Part shown: positions 11,510 to 23,138 of the stretch, one piece after another
How positions within the stretch are numbered: position 1 is the stretch's first letter
Layout: every line of letters begins with the position of its first letter
From: Octopus bimaculoides
Lineage: Eukaryota
NCBI RefSeq assembly: GCF_001194135.2
Contig: NC_068985.1
Span: 34,910,385-34,949,036 of the forward strand
Length of the DNA: 38,652 nt
Direction of reading: 5' to 3'
Position numbers and translations under genes: made by a program
The notes under the pieces: model-generated
What the model was told of the DNA's origin: nothing
Database searches by the model: none
The model's input: the letters and a program-made list of their open reading frames with translations, nothing else

Positions 11510-14140
11510 CCTGAGAGTGAAATACAAAAATGCTTTGGGTGCGTGTAGGAACCAAAGACCCACATCACCTAAGGAAAGAAGTTTGGAACTATAGAGCTGA
11601 GATTTGGGACAGAAGAAGAAGCTAGGTGTAATTCCTCAACCACTCTGAGGAATACAACTTTTTCTTAATCCCCAGCTATTGTGGCCAATGCCTTGCCAAG
11701 ATTAGGGTGCTGAATATGCTGCCAGAAATATCCATTACCTGGTTAGTGGCAGCCATCTTGGCAGGTTTAGAAGATGAAATCACAATATTGGAGGTCAAGA
11801 AACTACCTAAGCAAAACTGGTTAGGTATAGGTATGGAACTGACCTTGCAATGCAACCATATTGACCAGCTGCTCAATCTAATCGATCTCCCAGATGGTAC
11901 TCACCTGTCAGTGTTCATGGAGGGTAAAAAGCCGAGATGCCACACATGTGAATCTGTACTTCATTTAAAGGCTTCCTACCCTGAAACAAGGAAAAATAAA
12001 GTCCCACTGTTGCCAACATTACAAACACCATAAGTGCAAAATCATGAACAAGTACTCAAGATTCGTATACCTACGCCCACACCCATGTGCACACCCACTC
12101 CCAAACCAAGACAGAGAAGAAGTCTACCCCTGGTTGCCATGGAAAAGCAAGTTTCTCCTGAATGCTCTTCCTCCCAAACCAACAACAACTGCAATGACAT
12201 GGAGAAAGACGAGCTGAATGATCCATGGATCACATAGACAAAATGGAGTTGGTGAAAGAGGAGGAGAGTACATAACCCTATTCCAAGAAATCAACAAAAT
12301 CTTATTCTGAAATCACAACTGCAACACAATTCACAACCACTCCAACAAAAACTGCAAGAACAAGATCAACAACTTCAAAAACAGCAACACCATCAACAAC
12401 AGCATGAAATCACCGAAACACAGAAACCACCGATTACAGAACTTCAAAAATATTCATCAGACAGTAGATGAAATGTACCCATCAATTTCACTGTTGTGAA
12501 CAAGTGTAACAGTGAATTGATGGATTTTATAAGTCAAAAACAAATGCAAAATAGAGACAGAGGGAAAGGAATTTGAGGATTTTATCCTCAGATCCCTCAA
12601 GGACAGACCTTTAATTAAAACATCGTCAGATGTTTATAAAACTATAATAGAAAAATTCTCTGGTAGTGTGGCGATTTTTAAAATGTCAGTTGATATAAAG
12701 GCTTTCTCCAACTAGCATGGCTGTGCTGAAAATGGGATGTATGAATGTGCATGGCCTGGGATCATCTTGGAAGCAGGGTCACTTGCTCAATAATTTCAGG
12801 TCACTTGATCTGGATGTGGCTGCCATAAGCAAAACAAAGATCTCCAGAAAACATGCTCTAGCATCCATTTTTAAGGACTACGAGGTATTCTCATCTTGTG
12901 GTCTATCAGGAGCGGGTGATGGTGTAGCAGTGCTACTCTGGAAATCCTTAGACCTCCAAGTATGGATTATCTTTCTGGACCCAGATGGTAGGGTGGTGCC
13001 TTTAGACTGGTAGTGGTTTATGTTCCAACAGGGGCTAGAAGGCCAGATTTCTTCAGGTGTTTAGAAACATTCTTGGGAATGTCTTGCACTTCAATACTAG
13101 TGGGGGACTAGAATAGTATTTTGGATGCATGGAAGGACTGTGTGGGTTTAATACAAAGCAGAAGTGGGTGTAAAAGCCTCGAAAACCTGCTCAGGACTTT
13201 TCAGGTTTCTGACAGGTACTGACTGGATTTCCCTGATGTGCCAGTGTGGGCATGGAGCAACCACAGCAGGTCATTCAGATTGTATTTAGATAGAGTATTT
13301 GTTAGGTCAGAGGATAGGGATAGCATAGGTTGTCCACAATTTAAATTGGTCAGCTACACAGATCACAAATTTGTAATATGCTCAGTTGAAAGATGACAGG
13401 GACTGAAGTAGCAAACGAGTTAAGTGGCAGTTGAAGGAGGTTATCGTCAACAACCGATGGTGGATCGCTCTGAAGAGAGTGATTAGAGTAGCACCAATGG
13501 TGGTTAGCAAAGATTTAGCAACAGAAAGAAATAGATTTGAGGGGGAACTAGTTAGCAAACTAGAAAAGACATTGTGACCACCGTGTTAGTGGCGAGAATG
13601 ATCCTTGACCATGTCTTTGAGGTGAAACACAAAGGGTGCATTGTCAGAGCTAAGGCCTGTATGCTAAAACATGAAGAAACTAAAGCTGTCCAATGGGCCT
13701 AAAAGGTAGAAACATGACGTGGAAACAAAGCCACGATCAAGTCTTCGACAGATCAGGATGGATGCATGCTACTCTGTTCTCAGCAAATGTGTGCAGCTTT
13801 TCAGCAGCACTTTGCTTCATACCTAGATGACCTACCATGGCTCTTGGTGATGGACGCAAGATTCTGCAAAAACCCGATTACAGCCTCTGAAATATGGGAG
13901 GCGATGAGTGGTTGCACAAGTTGGAAATCCCCCAATTTGGATGGTCTGCCCTACGAATTCTATGTTTTCATGCCAGATTTGTTTGGCAGCTTCTTGGCGG
14001 ATATCTACAGTAACTGGCAGCAGAATGGGAGAATTCCTAGTGCTGTTAGCTGGGGTGTAGTAACACTGCTCAGAAAGGATGCTGACAATGAGGATGTGCT
14101 AAGGGATTTTTGGCCCATAAATCTGCTAAATGTGTTTATA
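11510..14140 (+). mobile_element. Tx1/L1-like LINE: ORF1 remnant plus ORF2 (AP endonuclease and start of RT), 3'-truncated
   Basis: ORF1 has a zinc-knuckle remnant RCHTCESVLHLKASY. ORF2 has MGCMNVHGL..DVAAISKTK..GVAVLL, YLDRVFV and SYTDHKFV (APE), then KSPNLDGLPYEFY..GVVTLLRK..DFWPINLLN (RT start). Many lesions. Ends at (TG)n. Confidence 0.85.
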
Positions 14141-14149
14141 CTGATGTGA

Positions 14150-14156
14150 GTGTGTG

Positions 14157-14222
<66 letters not shown>
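14150..14222. repeat. (TG)n microsatellite
   Basis: Directly visible. Confidence 0.95.
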
Positions 14223-14223
<1 letters not shown>

Positions 14224-14342
14224 ACGTGTGCGCGTTCATGTGTCGAATCTGTCTCATTAGTAATCTGATAGTCTCAGACAGCCCAATATATTTTAGATGT
14301 TGTTTATAGCCATATATTATATTCATTATTTTAATTTCTTAG

Positions 14343-14379
14343 GACAATGCTTACGTTAACTTTTCCAAGAAACCTGATA
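14343..14379 (+). pseudogene. Frameshifted cassette A3 (37 nt), DNAYVNFSKKPD remnant
   Basis: ttaatttcttAG, 37 nt, GTAAGC. Homologous to the 17851 and 23374 exons and their flanks, but with a deletion across the acceptor. Phase-1 entry reads xGA CAA TGC TTA CGT TAA. Confidence 0.65.
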
Positions 14380-14430
14380 GTAAGCATATAAGCATGTCTT
14401 TAATAAAATTACTTTCATTAAAGCACAAGT

Positions 14431-14500
14431 TCATCTTTTTATTTTATTTTATTTTCAGTCAGAGGTTGTCACCATACTGGGGCCCACCATTAGTGTTAAT
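14431..14500 (-). mobile_element. Antisense 3' fragment of the SINE family at 24435/36745
   Basis: ttttattttattttcagtcagaggttgtcaccatactggggcccacc resembles the reverse complement of ggtggtgctccagcatggccacagtc...tgactgaaa. It is absent from paralogous introns. A possible aagtt target duplication brackets the whole insert (~14428 and ~14550). Confidence 0.55.
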
Positions 14501-15395
14501 ACTTTGTTTTGAACTCATTTTCCAGCCCTGTCTCTGGAATCAGTCCTGTTGAAGTTAGCAAAGTTTCTTTCTTCGTGTAAAATATACAGTTTAATAACAT
14601 GTGTATGCATGTACTTAAATAGAATACTGAAAATGTTGAAAATTCTACACATAATTTACACCTTTATTGATGCTTATTAACAATTCAGCCCATAAATATT
14701 TCTTGTAAGCCTTAGTTGTACAAATAAATCAAACAATGATATATTTCACATTAAATTCACTAGATGTTTACTCAGGCAAGAGACATAAAGTATGGAAGAG
14801 ATTTGCAATGGTGAATATGTCACATTATGATCAGTTGTTGTTGTTGATAATTAACCATAATGAGGCCTGTTTTTGAATATCTCTAGCTTGAAAGGGATTA
14901 TGAAAAATATCTTATTTCTCCAGCCATATTTAGGAATGGCTTTTAATGGTAACGTGACAGAAATAGTAGAATCAATATTCTGAGTTCAAAAACCATAGAA
15001 GTAAATTTTATTCTGTGAACCACCCTATATGTAGTAACTTTCATATCGTTTCTCTAATAAAATTAGCATTTTGATTATGGAATAAAATTTTGAATGCCAA
15101 TTTACTGAAGAACTTTCTCTCCATGCACTAATTTCGAAATGCCATTTTACCAAAATTACTCTTTGTTTCCTTTTGTTCATACAAAATGAATTTATTAAGC
15201 AATTCTTTTCTTTTTCCCAATACATCAGTTAGAGGATGAAAAACTTATACTATACATTCAGTTTGGTTGTATATATATATATGACATGTACAATATGTTT
15301 TACTATATTTTTAGTTACTTTCTGTGCAATATCAAAATATTTAAATCATCCTCTCCAAACAATAAATATACCTATTTTTATGTAATTTCTTGAAG

Positions 15396-15455
15396 CTGTG
15401 GAAGATCAGGATGCTGAAATTAGTGATCCCAGATATTTATGTATGAGACACCTAA
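15396..15455 (+). CDS. Micro-exon B1 (60 nt, phase 1-1); xVEDQDAEISDPRYLCMRHL
   Basis: atttcttgaAG, 60 nt, GTAAGT. Open. 46/60 nt identical to B2. Confidence 0.7.
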
Positions 15456-15787
15456 GTAAGTATAATCAATATTGATAGTACATAGTATGATCTTAGAAGA
15501 ACAAAAACAGATAACTAACAATCATGAAATATGTCACCCTTGAACTTTTGCATGTATGTGTGTGTGAGAATGTTTGAACCTATTTCATTAGTATTTACTA
15601 TGGCCGTGTCAGCGCAATACTAACATAATTTAAATATTATTTCTAGCCATGCTATTTATTCTTTGTTCAGTTTCAATTCACTTATAACTTTCTTTTGTCT
15701 CTTCCAAAACTTTTTGCTGCTTTTGCAACCTTGTCAATGGGTACAAAAATAAAGAATATGTACATTATATATATATATGTATGTGTA

Positions 15788-15824
<37 letters not shown>

Positions 15825-15903
15825 NNNNNNNNNNNNNNNNNNNNNNNNNNNNNNNNNNNNNNNNNNNNNNNNNNNNNNNNNNNNNNNNNNNNNNNNNNNN
15901 NNN
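15825..15903. other. Assembly gap (79 N) within a microsatellite
   Basis: Run of N between (TA)n and (TG)n. Confidence 1.
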
Positions 15904-15926
15904 TGTGTGTGTGTGTGTGTGTGTGT

Positions 15927-17227
15927 AAGGGTAAAAGGTGGTGGAACAATACTGTAGACAGGGCCATTAGAGCAAAGAAACAGGCCTGGAATGCCTGGAA
16001 GAGTGGGGGTGGCAGGAGAATGTATCAGATAGCCAAAAGGGAAGCTAAGGGACAGGTATATATAGACAAGGGAGTAGCAGAAAAGAAGTTTGCCAATGTT
16101 CAGTGACTTGAGGACCCAAAAACTGAAGTATTTTGGATTGCAAGAAAATGTGTGAGAGAAAACTGTGAAGTCATAGGAGAAAAATGTGTCCACATGGATG
16201 ATGGTGCACTTGCTTTTAATGATTCTAAAAAGAAAGAGGCTTGGAGAAGCCATTATGAAAGATTGCTGAATGTGGAGAATGAATGGGAGGAGGAGAGTCT
16301 GCCAAAGGTTGACCAAATTGAGTGACTAACTATACGAATTGACAGTACCCAGGTAGATAGAGCAAACAAGGATATGAAAACAGAGAAAGCACCTGGCCCA
16401 TCAGGAATCACTGCTGGAATACTTAAAATATTGGGTGATGTGAGTTATGCTCTTGTCACATGCATCATAAATCAGTTAGTTCATGAAGGAGTCATACACA
16501 ATGACTAGTGTAGCAGCACCATAGTCAACTGCTACAAGGGAAAAGGTGATGCTTTAGATAGAAATAACTACAGGGGTATCAAATTATTGGATCAGGTGAT
16601 GAAAGTTACAGAGAGGGTCATAGCCCAACTAATTAGGGAGAGGGTTATCCTAGACGAGATGCAGATCGGTTTTGTGCCAGGCAGAAGCACCACTGATGCT
16701 ATATTTCTGGTAAGGCAACTGCAGGAGAAATACCTAGCCAAAGATAAACCTTTGTACTTGGCTTTTATCGACTTGGAGAAAGCCTTTGACAGGTTCCTCC
16801 AATCCCTTATCTGGTGGTCAATGCGGAAACTGGGGATAGATGAGTGGCTAGTAAGAGCTGTACAAGCCCTGTACAGGGATGCTGTCAGTAAGGTGAGGGT
16901 TGGCAATGAGTATAGTAAAGAATTCAGAGTAGAAGTAGGGGTTCACCAAAGATCATTATAGTCCTCCAGGCAATAACAGAGGAATTCAAGATAGGCTGCC
17001 CCTGGGAGCTCCTTTATGCTGATGAACTTGCTCTAATAGCCGAGTCACTGCTAGAAATGGAGACGAAGTTTAGGGTGTGGAAGCAAAGTCTAGAATCAAA
17101 GGGTCTTAGGATTAACATAGTCAAAACCAAAGTCTTAGTAAGTAGGAAGGCTGTCAAATCACAACTCCCTTCAGGTAGATGGCCCTGCTCAATCTGTAGA
17201 AAATGCATGGGCAGAAACTCCATATGA
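15927..17227 (+). mobile_element. RTE-clade LINE internal fragment (linker and RT)
   Basis: WWNNTVDRAIRAKKQAW, KAPGPSGIT, KGKGDALDRNNYRGIKLLDQVMKV, GFVPGRSTTDAIF, AFIDLEKAFD, GVHQ and WELLYADEL. Same family as 5340-7220. Confidence 0.9.
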
Positions 17228-17586
17228 TGTTACCTGGTATGTTGATTTTTCTGTTTATTTTTATGTGTCTTGATTATGCCTGCACTGACGATTAGAAAGT
17301 GTATTTTGTACACTAGCTATGAAATCATATATGATTTGCTGCTGAATCTGTTTTTAAGAGTTTGGTTCAAGATTTGCATTCCTTCGCATTTAGTACACTG
17401 TATTCATTATGGTAGTTTTGACTTTAAGAGTCCCTCATAGGATGAGGCATTTACGTGCAGTAATGCCCTTAATATAAATAAAAATACACACACACATATA
17501 TTGCTACATTCCATGCAACATCAAAACATTAAAAACATCCTCTCCAAATAATAAATATACCAAATTTTTAATTTAATTTTTTGAAG

Positions 17587-17646
17587 CTGTAGAAGAGCAA
17601 TACGCTGAAATTAGTGAGCCCAAATATTTAGAAATGAAGCAACAAA
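17587..17646 (+). CDS. Micro-exon B2 (60 nt, phase 1-1); xVEEQYAEISEPKYLEMKQQ
   Basis: tttaatttttttgaAG, 60 nt, GTAAGT. Open, with two Tyr motifs. Confidence 0.8.
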
Positions 17647-17850
17647 GTAAGTACAATTGATATTGCCAGTACACAACTCTCAAGAAATATGTCACTCTCT
17701 AACTTTTATCTGTTAATTTGTATACATGTATGTTTGTGTCAGTATGAGTCTATATCATTTTTGTTTATTATGCTAGTATCAGCACAGTACTAACATAATA
17801 TAAATGTTATTTATAGCCATGCTATTTGTTCCTTTTTTAATTTCTCAAAG

Positions 17851-17892
17851 ACATGGATGGTGCTTATGTTAACATTTCAAAGAAACCTGGAG
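17851..17892 (+). CDS. Micro-exon A4 (42 nt, phase 1-1); xMDGAYVNISKKPG
   Basis: ccttttttaatttctcaaAG, 42 nt, AG|GTAAGT. Open, with a 204-nt intron from B2. Confidence 0.8.
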
Positions 17893-18416
17893 GTAAGTGT
17901 GTAAGCAATTTATTAACAAAAATTACATTCATTAGAGCAAGTAAGAAAATATTTTGGCTCATTCTTTCTTTGAGTAGAATATACAGCTTAATATATATAT
18001 ATATATATGATTGAAATTAAAACTTTGAAAATTTTAAAATTTTATTGCACATACGATAAATTTCTTGCAGATATTCATATGCGATTCTCATATTTTACCC
18101 TTTTATTAATCCATACACTTAATAATGCAGTTTATAAGTGTAGATATTTATAATCCTTATTAGTACAAATAAACCAAATATATGACTAATATTGAATTAA
18201 ATAGATATTTGCATAGACATGAGATTATTAAAGAGATTTGCAAAGGTGAATGTGATCAGCTGTTGTTGTTGAGTATCCAAATTCACTCCTGCTTATGGAT
18301 AACTCTAGCAAGAAAGTAATCTTAGAAAGAAACCTATTTCTGTACACTAAAATAGTCAGCATTCATTGGTCTCAACAGTCCATGGACCAATTGAAAAGCA
18401 CACTAAAATAAGAATA

Positions 18417-19460
18417 ACAAGAGCACTCAGAGAGCGCAAACCTCCACCAAAGCAATATCAGTGTCATTTCAACAATTAACCTGAGATGATTTTTAAATTG
18501 AGAATATCTGAAATAAACTCGAAAGCTTTTACAAACGAGAATACTAAAAATGAACCCAACCACACTCAAAAATTAAGTAAAAAAAAACAGGAAAAATTCA
18601 CAAAAAAGTTAAAAATTGAATATTTGGTGGTGAGTGAGGAATTTAAAATTTTGAAAATGTGGTTTTTTTGAATCTCCATCATCAAAGACCTAGGAATCCA
18701 CTGGGGAAAAAAAAAAAAAATTCCGAAAGCTCGGTTCTAGTGGTGGGGTGACTGTCCTCCAGTTCCACCGAATATACTCGCACAATTAAATATAGAAGTG
18801 TAAAGTATAATTTATTACATAATCTCTATAATAAACATGATACTGAGTGGAATAATTTCCTGTTTGAACTTTTTTCATTATATATATATGTGTATTATAT
18901 ATATATGTGTGTGTGTGTGAAGACATTGAGAATAAGCATGCCATCCCTTTGTGCTTTTTTTTTCTATAGATTTCGACCTTGTCTCCATCGGAGATTCTGA
19001 ATATGCAAAAAAAATCTACTATTAGATTTTTTAATATACCCACTCATTAACATTTCAATTTTTTTCCCGAAATTTTACAACTAGGGTTAAAGGTTATATA
19101 CAGATGCACAAACGCACAAAATGGAGAAACTGAAACAGATATGGACAACTTGATCCAAAATAGTGGGGAACAGTTCACGAAAATAACTCCCAATTGTTTT
19201 TCCCCCAAATTCTATATGCCTGAAATCTATGTAGTCCGAGGTATTTTTGTAGGCAATTTCATTAAAAAATATCCATTTTCCTGAAATTTAAGACATTGAA
19301 GTGGACTCTGGTGAATTTTCCAAAAATCCTCTCCACCCCACTCATGAAACACTTCCCCAGAGAATTTTGTATATTCAGAATCTACATGATATAACATATT
19401 CGTAGAAAATTTCATTAAAAAATATCCATTTTACTTTTCTGAAAGTTTTCATCATCCTAA
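18417..19460 (+). mobile_element. Non-autonomous interspersed element, possibly Helentron-associated (HINE-like)
   Basis: Inserted into the duplicated intron (absent from the paralogous copy). Starts aacaagagcactcagagagcgcaaacctccaccaaag. The 3' part is homologous to 1760-2140. The class assignment is from recollection of HINE ends and is uncertain. Confidence 0.45.
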
Positions 19461-19489
19461 GTCGATTGGAGGGGGGGGGGGCAGAAAGC

Positions 19490-20660
19490 CTGTGGTGAGA
19501 TGGTACCAACTGTCAATGATCTCATAATGCATGTGCTCCCCAAACATTGCACAAAACTTCAGCAACAGTCAATGACTCTTAGCTCCATGTAATGATGCTG
19601 TCAACAAAATCAACTGGGATCTCTTGCAGCCATTGCCTGGACAAGAACAATCTTTCAAATCCTTTGACACTGTCATTGATCATGACCAGGCTGTAGTTTT
19701 TCTGAGTTCCTGAACTCTCTACAGCCATCTGGTAAGCTATCTCACCACCAAACACTTAAAAAGGGGGTCCCAATCATGCTGCTCAGGAATCTGGATCCAC
19801 ATCGTCTGTGTAATGTCACCAAACTGGTGGTGAAAGCAATGCAACTCCATGTTCTAGAGGCCACAATTATGACTGGGAACTATAAGGGTGAGGATGTCTT
19901 CATTCCACGGATCCTGTGAATCCCATATGACCTCCCCTTTGAATTTAAACGGTTCCAGTTCCCAGTGAAACTAAATTTCGCTATGTCAATAAACAAGTCT
20001 CAAGAACAGTCTCTCAAGGTTGTTGGACTTCACCTTGCTTCTTTCATGGGAAATTATTTGTAAGATGTTCGGGAGTTGGAAGTCCCCAAAATCTTTTCAT
20101 TTATACACCAATTAAAGGACACATTGTATATTTAGAAGCTCTAGATAATTAAACTGTGATTGATTTCTGGATTTGTTTCAGTACATTTGTTTACACTCAT
20201 GCCATCTGATAGAATTTTTGTTAAATGTTCTCATTAATAGGAGGGGAGGTCCCGCAGACCAGTTCTTCTCAAATTTATGCATTTATGTTCAATGTATTTC
20301 AAATAAGTACTGATAACTGAAGGTAATTGCAAAGACAAAGAACTACCAGGTTTTTTAACAATTTTAGTAGTGAGAACATTAGATAAAACATGTTATTGAC
20401 ATTAATAGTTTGTACCTTAGTTAATTACTGTTGAGAACTGCATAATCCATGTTTCATTTTACTTAGAGATTTAAAAGGCATAATTAGATTTCATTATTTT
20501 CAACAACCTGAGAAATGCTGGGTTATTAACGTATAAAATAGGTATCTCAGCTACTAGGAGGTAAGACCTACGTAGTCTATGTTTCATGTTAGAGATCTAA
20601 AAGGCATTTTTAAATTCCACTATTTTCTTTAACCCAGGCAACACCAGGTATTTCTGCTAG
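19490..20660 (+). mobile_element. Helitron 3' fragment: PIF1 helicase C-terminus to CTAG terminus
   Basis: LAPCNDAVNKIN..LPG..EFLNSLQPSG..KKGVPIMLLRNLDP..LCN..FIPRI..FKRFQFPVKLNFAMSINKSQEQSL (PIF1 motifs, decayed). Ends aacccaggcaacaccaggtatttctgCTAG|t at 20660. Confidence 0.85.
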
Positions 20661-20676
20661 TGCATGTATGTATGTA

Positions 20677-20718
<42 letters not shown>

Positions 20719-20721
<3 letters not shown>

Positions 20722-21205
20722 TCATCATCATCATCATCATCATTGTTTAACGTCTGCTTTCCATGCTAGCAAGGGTTGGACGATTTGACTGAGGACTGGT
20801 GGACCAGGAGGTGACACCAGGCTCCAATCTGATCTGGCAGAGTTTCTACAGCTGGATGCCCTTCCTAACGCCAACCACTCCGAGAGTGTAGTGGGTGCTT
20901 TTACGTGTCACCGGCATGAGAGCCAGTCTGGCAGTACTGGCAACAGCCACGCTCAAATGGTGTTTTTTACATGCCACCTGCACAGGAGCCAGTCCAGCGG
21001 CACTGGCAACAACCTCGCTCAAATGCTTTTTCACATGCCATTGGCACAAGTGCCAGCAAGGCAACGGTGGTAACGATCACGCTCAGATGGTGCTATTTAC
21101 GTGCCACTGGCATGGAAGCCAGGCACCTGCACTGGCAATGATCATGCTCGGATGGTGCTGTTAGCGCTCCACTGGCATGGGTGCCCGTCATCGAATTTGG
21201 TTCAA
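20719..21205 (-). mobile_element. Antisense RTE 3' UTR and tail
   Basis: (CAT)n then tgtttaacgtctgctttccatgctagc... It is the reverse complement of the 6800-7220 type sequence. Confidence 0.85.
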
Positions 21206-21234
21206 TTACGATATATATATATGTCTAAAATCGA

Positions 21235-22330
21235 AGGCCTATATTGGTCTAGAATCAAAGGGCCTTAGAGTTAACCTAGCAAAAACCAAAGTCTTAGTAA
21301 GTAGGAAGGCAGACAGTTCACAAATCCCTTCAGGAAGAGGTCCTGCTCAATCTGTAGAAAAGGCATAGGTATAAACTCCATACGATGCACCTGGTGTAAG
21401 CTTTGGACACATAAAAGGTGCAACAATATCAGAGGAAGGTTAACAGGGAAAATAGCTTTTGTGTGTGGTAGATGCACAAGTAAACATCAAGAATGTACAG
21501 CAAAAAGACTCCATCAACTGCCAGGGGACAAGCTAGAGGTAGTAGATAACTTCTGTTATCTAAGTGACCAAGTTAGTAGTGGAGGTAGATGCTCCGAGAG
21601 CATAGCTGTGAGAATAAGATTAGGCTGGGCAAAATTCAGAGAGTTCCTACCTCTGCTGGCAACAAAAGGCCTCTCTCTCAGAATGAAAGGCAGATTGTAT
21701 GATGCCTGTGTGTAAACAGCTATGCTACATGGCAGTAAAACATGGGCTGTGACAGCTGAAGGCATGTGTAAGCTTGAAAGCAATGAAGCCATTATGCTTC
21801 GCTTGATGTGCAATGCCAGTGTGCATGTTCAACAGAGTGTAAGCATTTTCAGAAAAAAGTTGGGAGTAAGAGACATCATATGCAGTGTGCAAGAGAGATG
21901 ACTGCTGTGGTATGGTCATGTGATGTATATGGATGAGGACAGCTGTGTAAAGAAGTGCCAACCTCTTAGTGTGAAGGGAACCTGTGGAAGAGGTAGACCC
22001 AGGAAGGCATGGGACGAAGTGGCGAAGCATGATATTCGAACTTTGGGTCTAACAGAGGCCTTTGGTGATGTGCTGTGCCTGAGAGGATCCATCAAGCCAA
22101 GTGAAATTGTAGTTGTGACTGATGTTGGTGTCATATAACTAGCACCCATGCTGGTGGTACATAAAAAGCACCTTTCAAGTGTTAGGAAGGGCATCCAGCT
22201 GTAGAAACTCTGCCAAATCAGATTGGAACCTGGTGTAGCCATCTGGTTTCACCAGTCCTCAGTCAAATCGTCCAACCCATGCTAGCATGGAAAGCGGACG
22301 TTAAACGATGATAATGATGATGATGATGAT
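21235..22330 (+). mobile_element. 5'-truncated RTE LINE 3' end
   Basis: ESKGLRVNLAKTKVLV, LGWAKFREFLPLL and RGRPRKAWDEV, then tail ccatgctagcatggaaagcggacgttaaacgatgat. Confidence 0.9.
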
Positions 22331-22400
22331 GATATATATATATATATATATATATATTACTACTTTCTGTGTAATGTCAAAATATTTAAAACATCCTCTT

Positions 22401-22928
22401 NNNNNNNNNNNNNNNNNNNNNNNNNNNNNNNNNNNNNNNNNNNNNNNNNNNNNNNNNNNNNNNNNNNNNNNNNNNNNNNNNNNNNNNNNNNNNNNNNNNN
22501 NNNNNNNNNNNNNNNNNNNNNNNNNNNNNNNNNNNNNNNNNNNNNNNNNNNNNNNNNNNNNNNNNNNNNNNNNNNNNNNNNNNNNNNNNNNNNNNNNNNN
22601 NNNNNNNNNNNNNNNNNNNNNNNNNNNNNNNNNNNNNNNNNNNNNNNNNNNNNNNNNNNNNNNNNNNNNNNNNNNNNNNNNNNNNNNNNNNNNNNNNNNN
22701 NNNNNNNNNNNNNNNNNNNNNNNNNNNNNNNNNNNNNNNNNNNNNNNNNNNNNNNNNNNNNNNNNNNNNNNNNNNNNNNNNNNNNNNNNNNNNNNNNNNN
22801 NNNNNNNNNNNNNNNNNNNNNNNNNNNNNNNNNNNNNNNNNNNNNNNNNNNNNNNNNNNNNNNNNNNNNNNNNNNNNNNNNNNNNNNNNNNNNNNNNNNN
22901 NNNNNNNNNNNNNNNNNNNNNNNNNNNN
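22401..22928. other. Assembly gap (528 N) with a duplicated ~100-bp flank
   Basis: aaacgatgataatgatg..(ta)n ttactactttctgtgtaatgtcaaaatatttaaaacatcctctt occurs both before and after the gap. Confidence 0.95.
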
Positions 22929-23083
22929 ATATATATATTTATATATATAAACGATGATAATGATGATGATGATATATATATATATATATATATATATTAC
23001 TACTTTCTGTGTAATGTCAAAATATTTAAAACATCCTCTTCAAACAATAAATATGCCCATTTTTTAAATTTAATTTCTTGATG

Positions 23084-23138
23084 TTGTGGAAGAACTAAAT
23101 ATTTAGTGAGCCCAAATATTTAGAAATGAAACAACGAG
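23084..23138 (+). pseudogene. Dead cassette B3 (55 nt)
   Basis: Paralogue of B2 (TTAGTGAGCCCAAATATTTAGAAATGAA shared). Acceptor gaAG changed to gaTG, donor GTaagt changed to GAaagt, and a net 5-nt loss removes the first Tyr. Confidence 0.8.

Noticed and set aside
14776-14810. AG...GTGAAT block conserved in the duplicated introns (also 18217-18245 and 25155-25185) as a third exon type
   Set aside because: Lengths are 35 or 28, 29 and 31 nt, so frame is not conserved. Treated as intron, though a long-dead exon cannot be excluded.
17587-17646. Canonical ITAM or ITIM labels for the motifs
   Set aside because: The YAEI-x4-YLEM spacing is too short for an ITAM, and the -2 positions (D, G, E) do not fit the ITIM consensus. 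Described only as SH2-type motifs.
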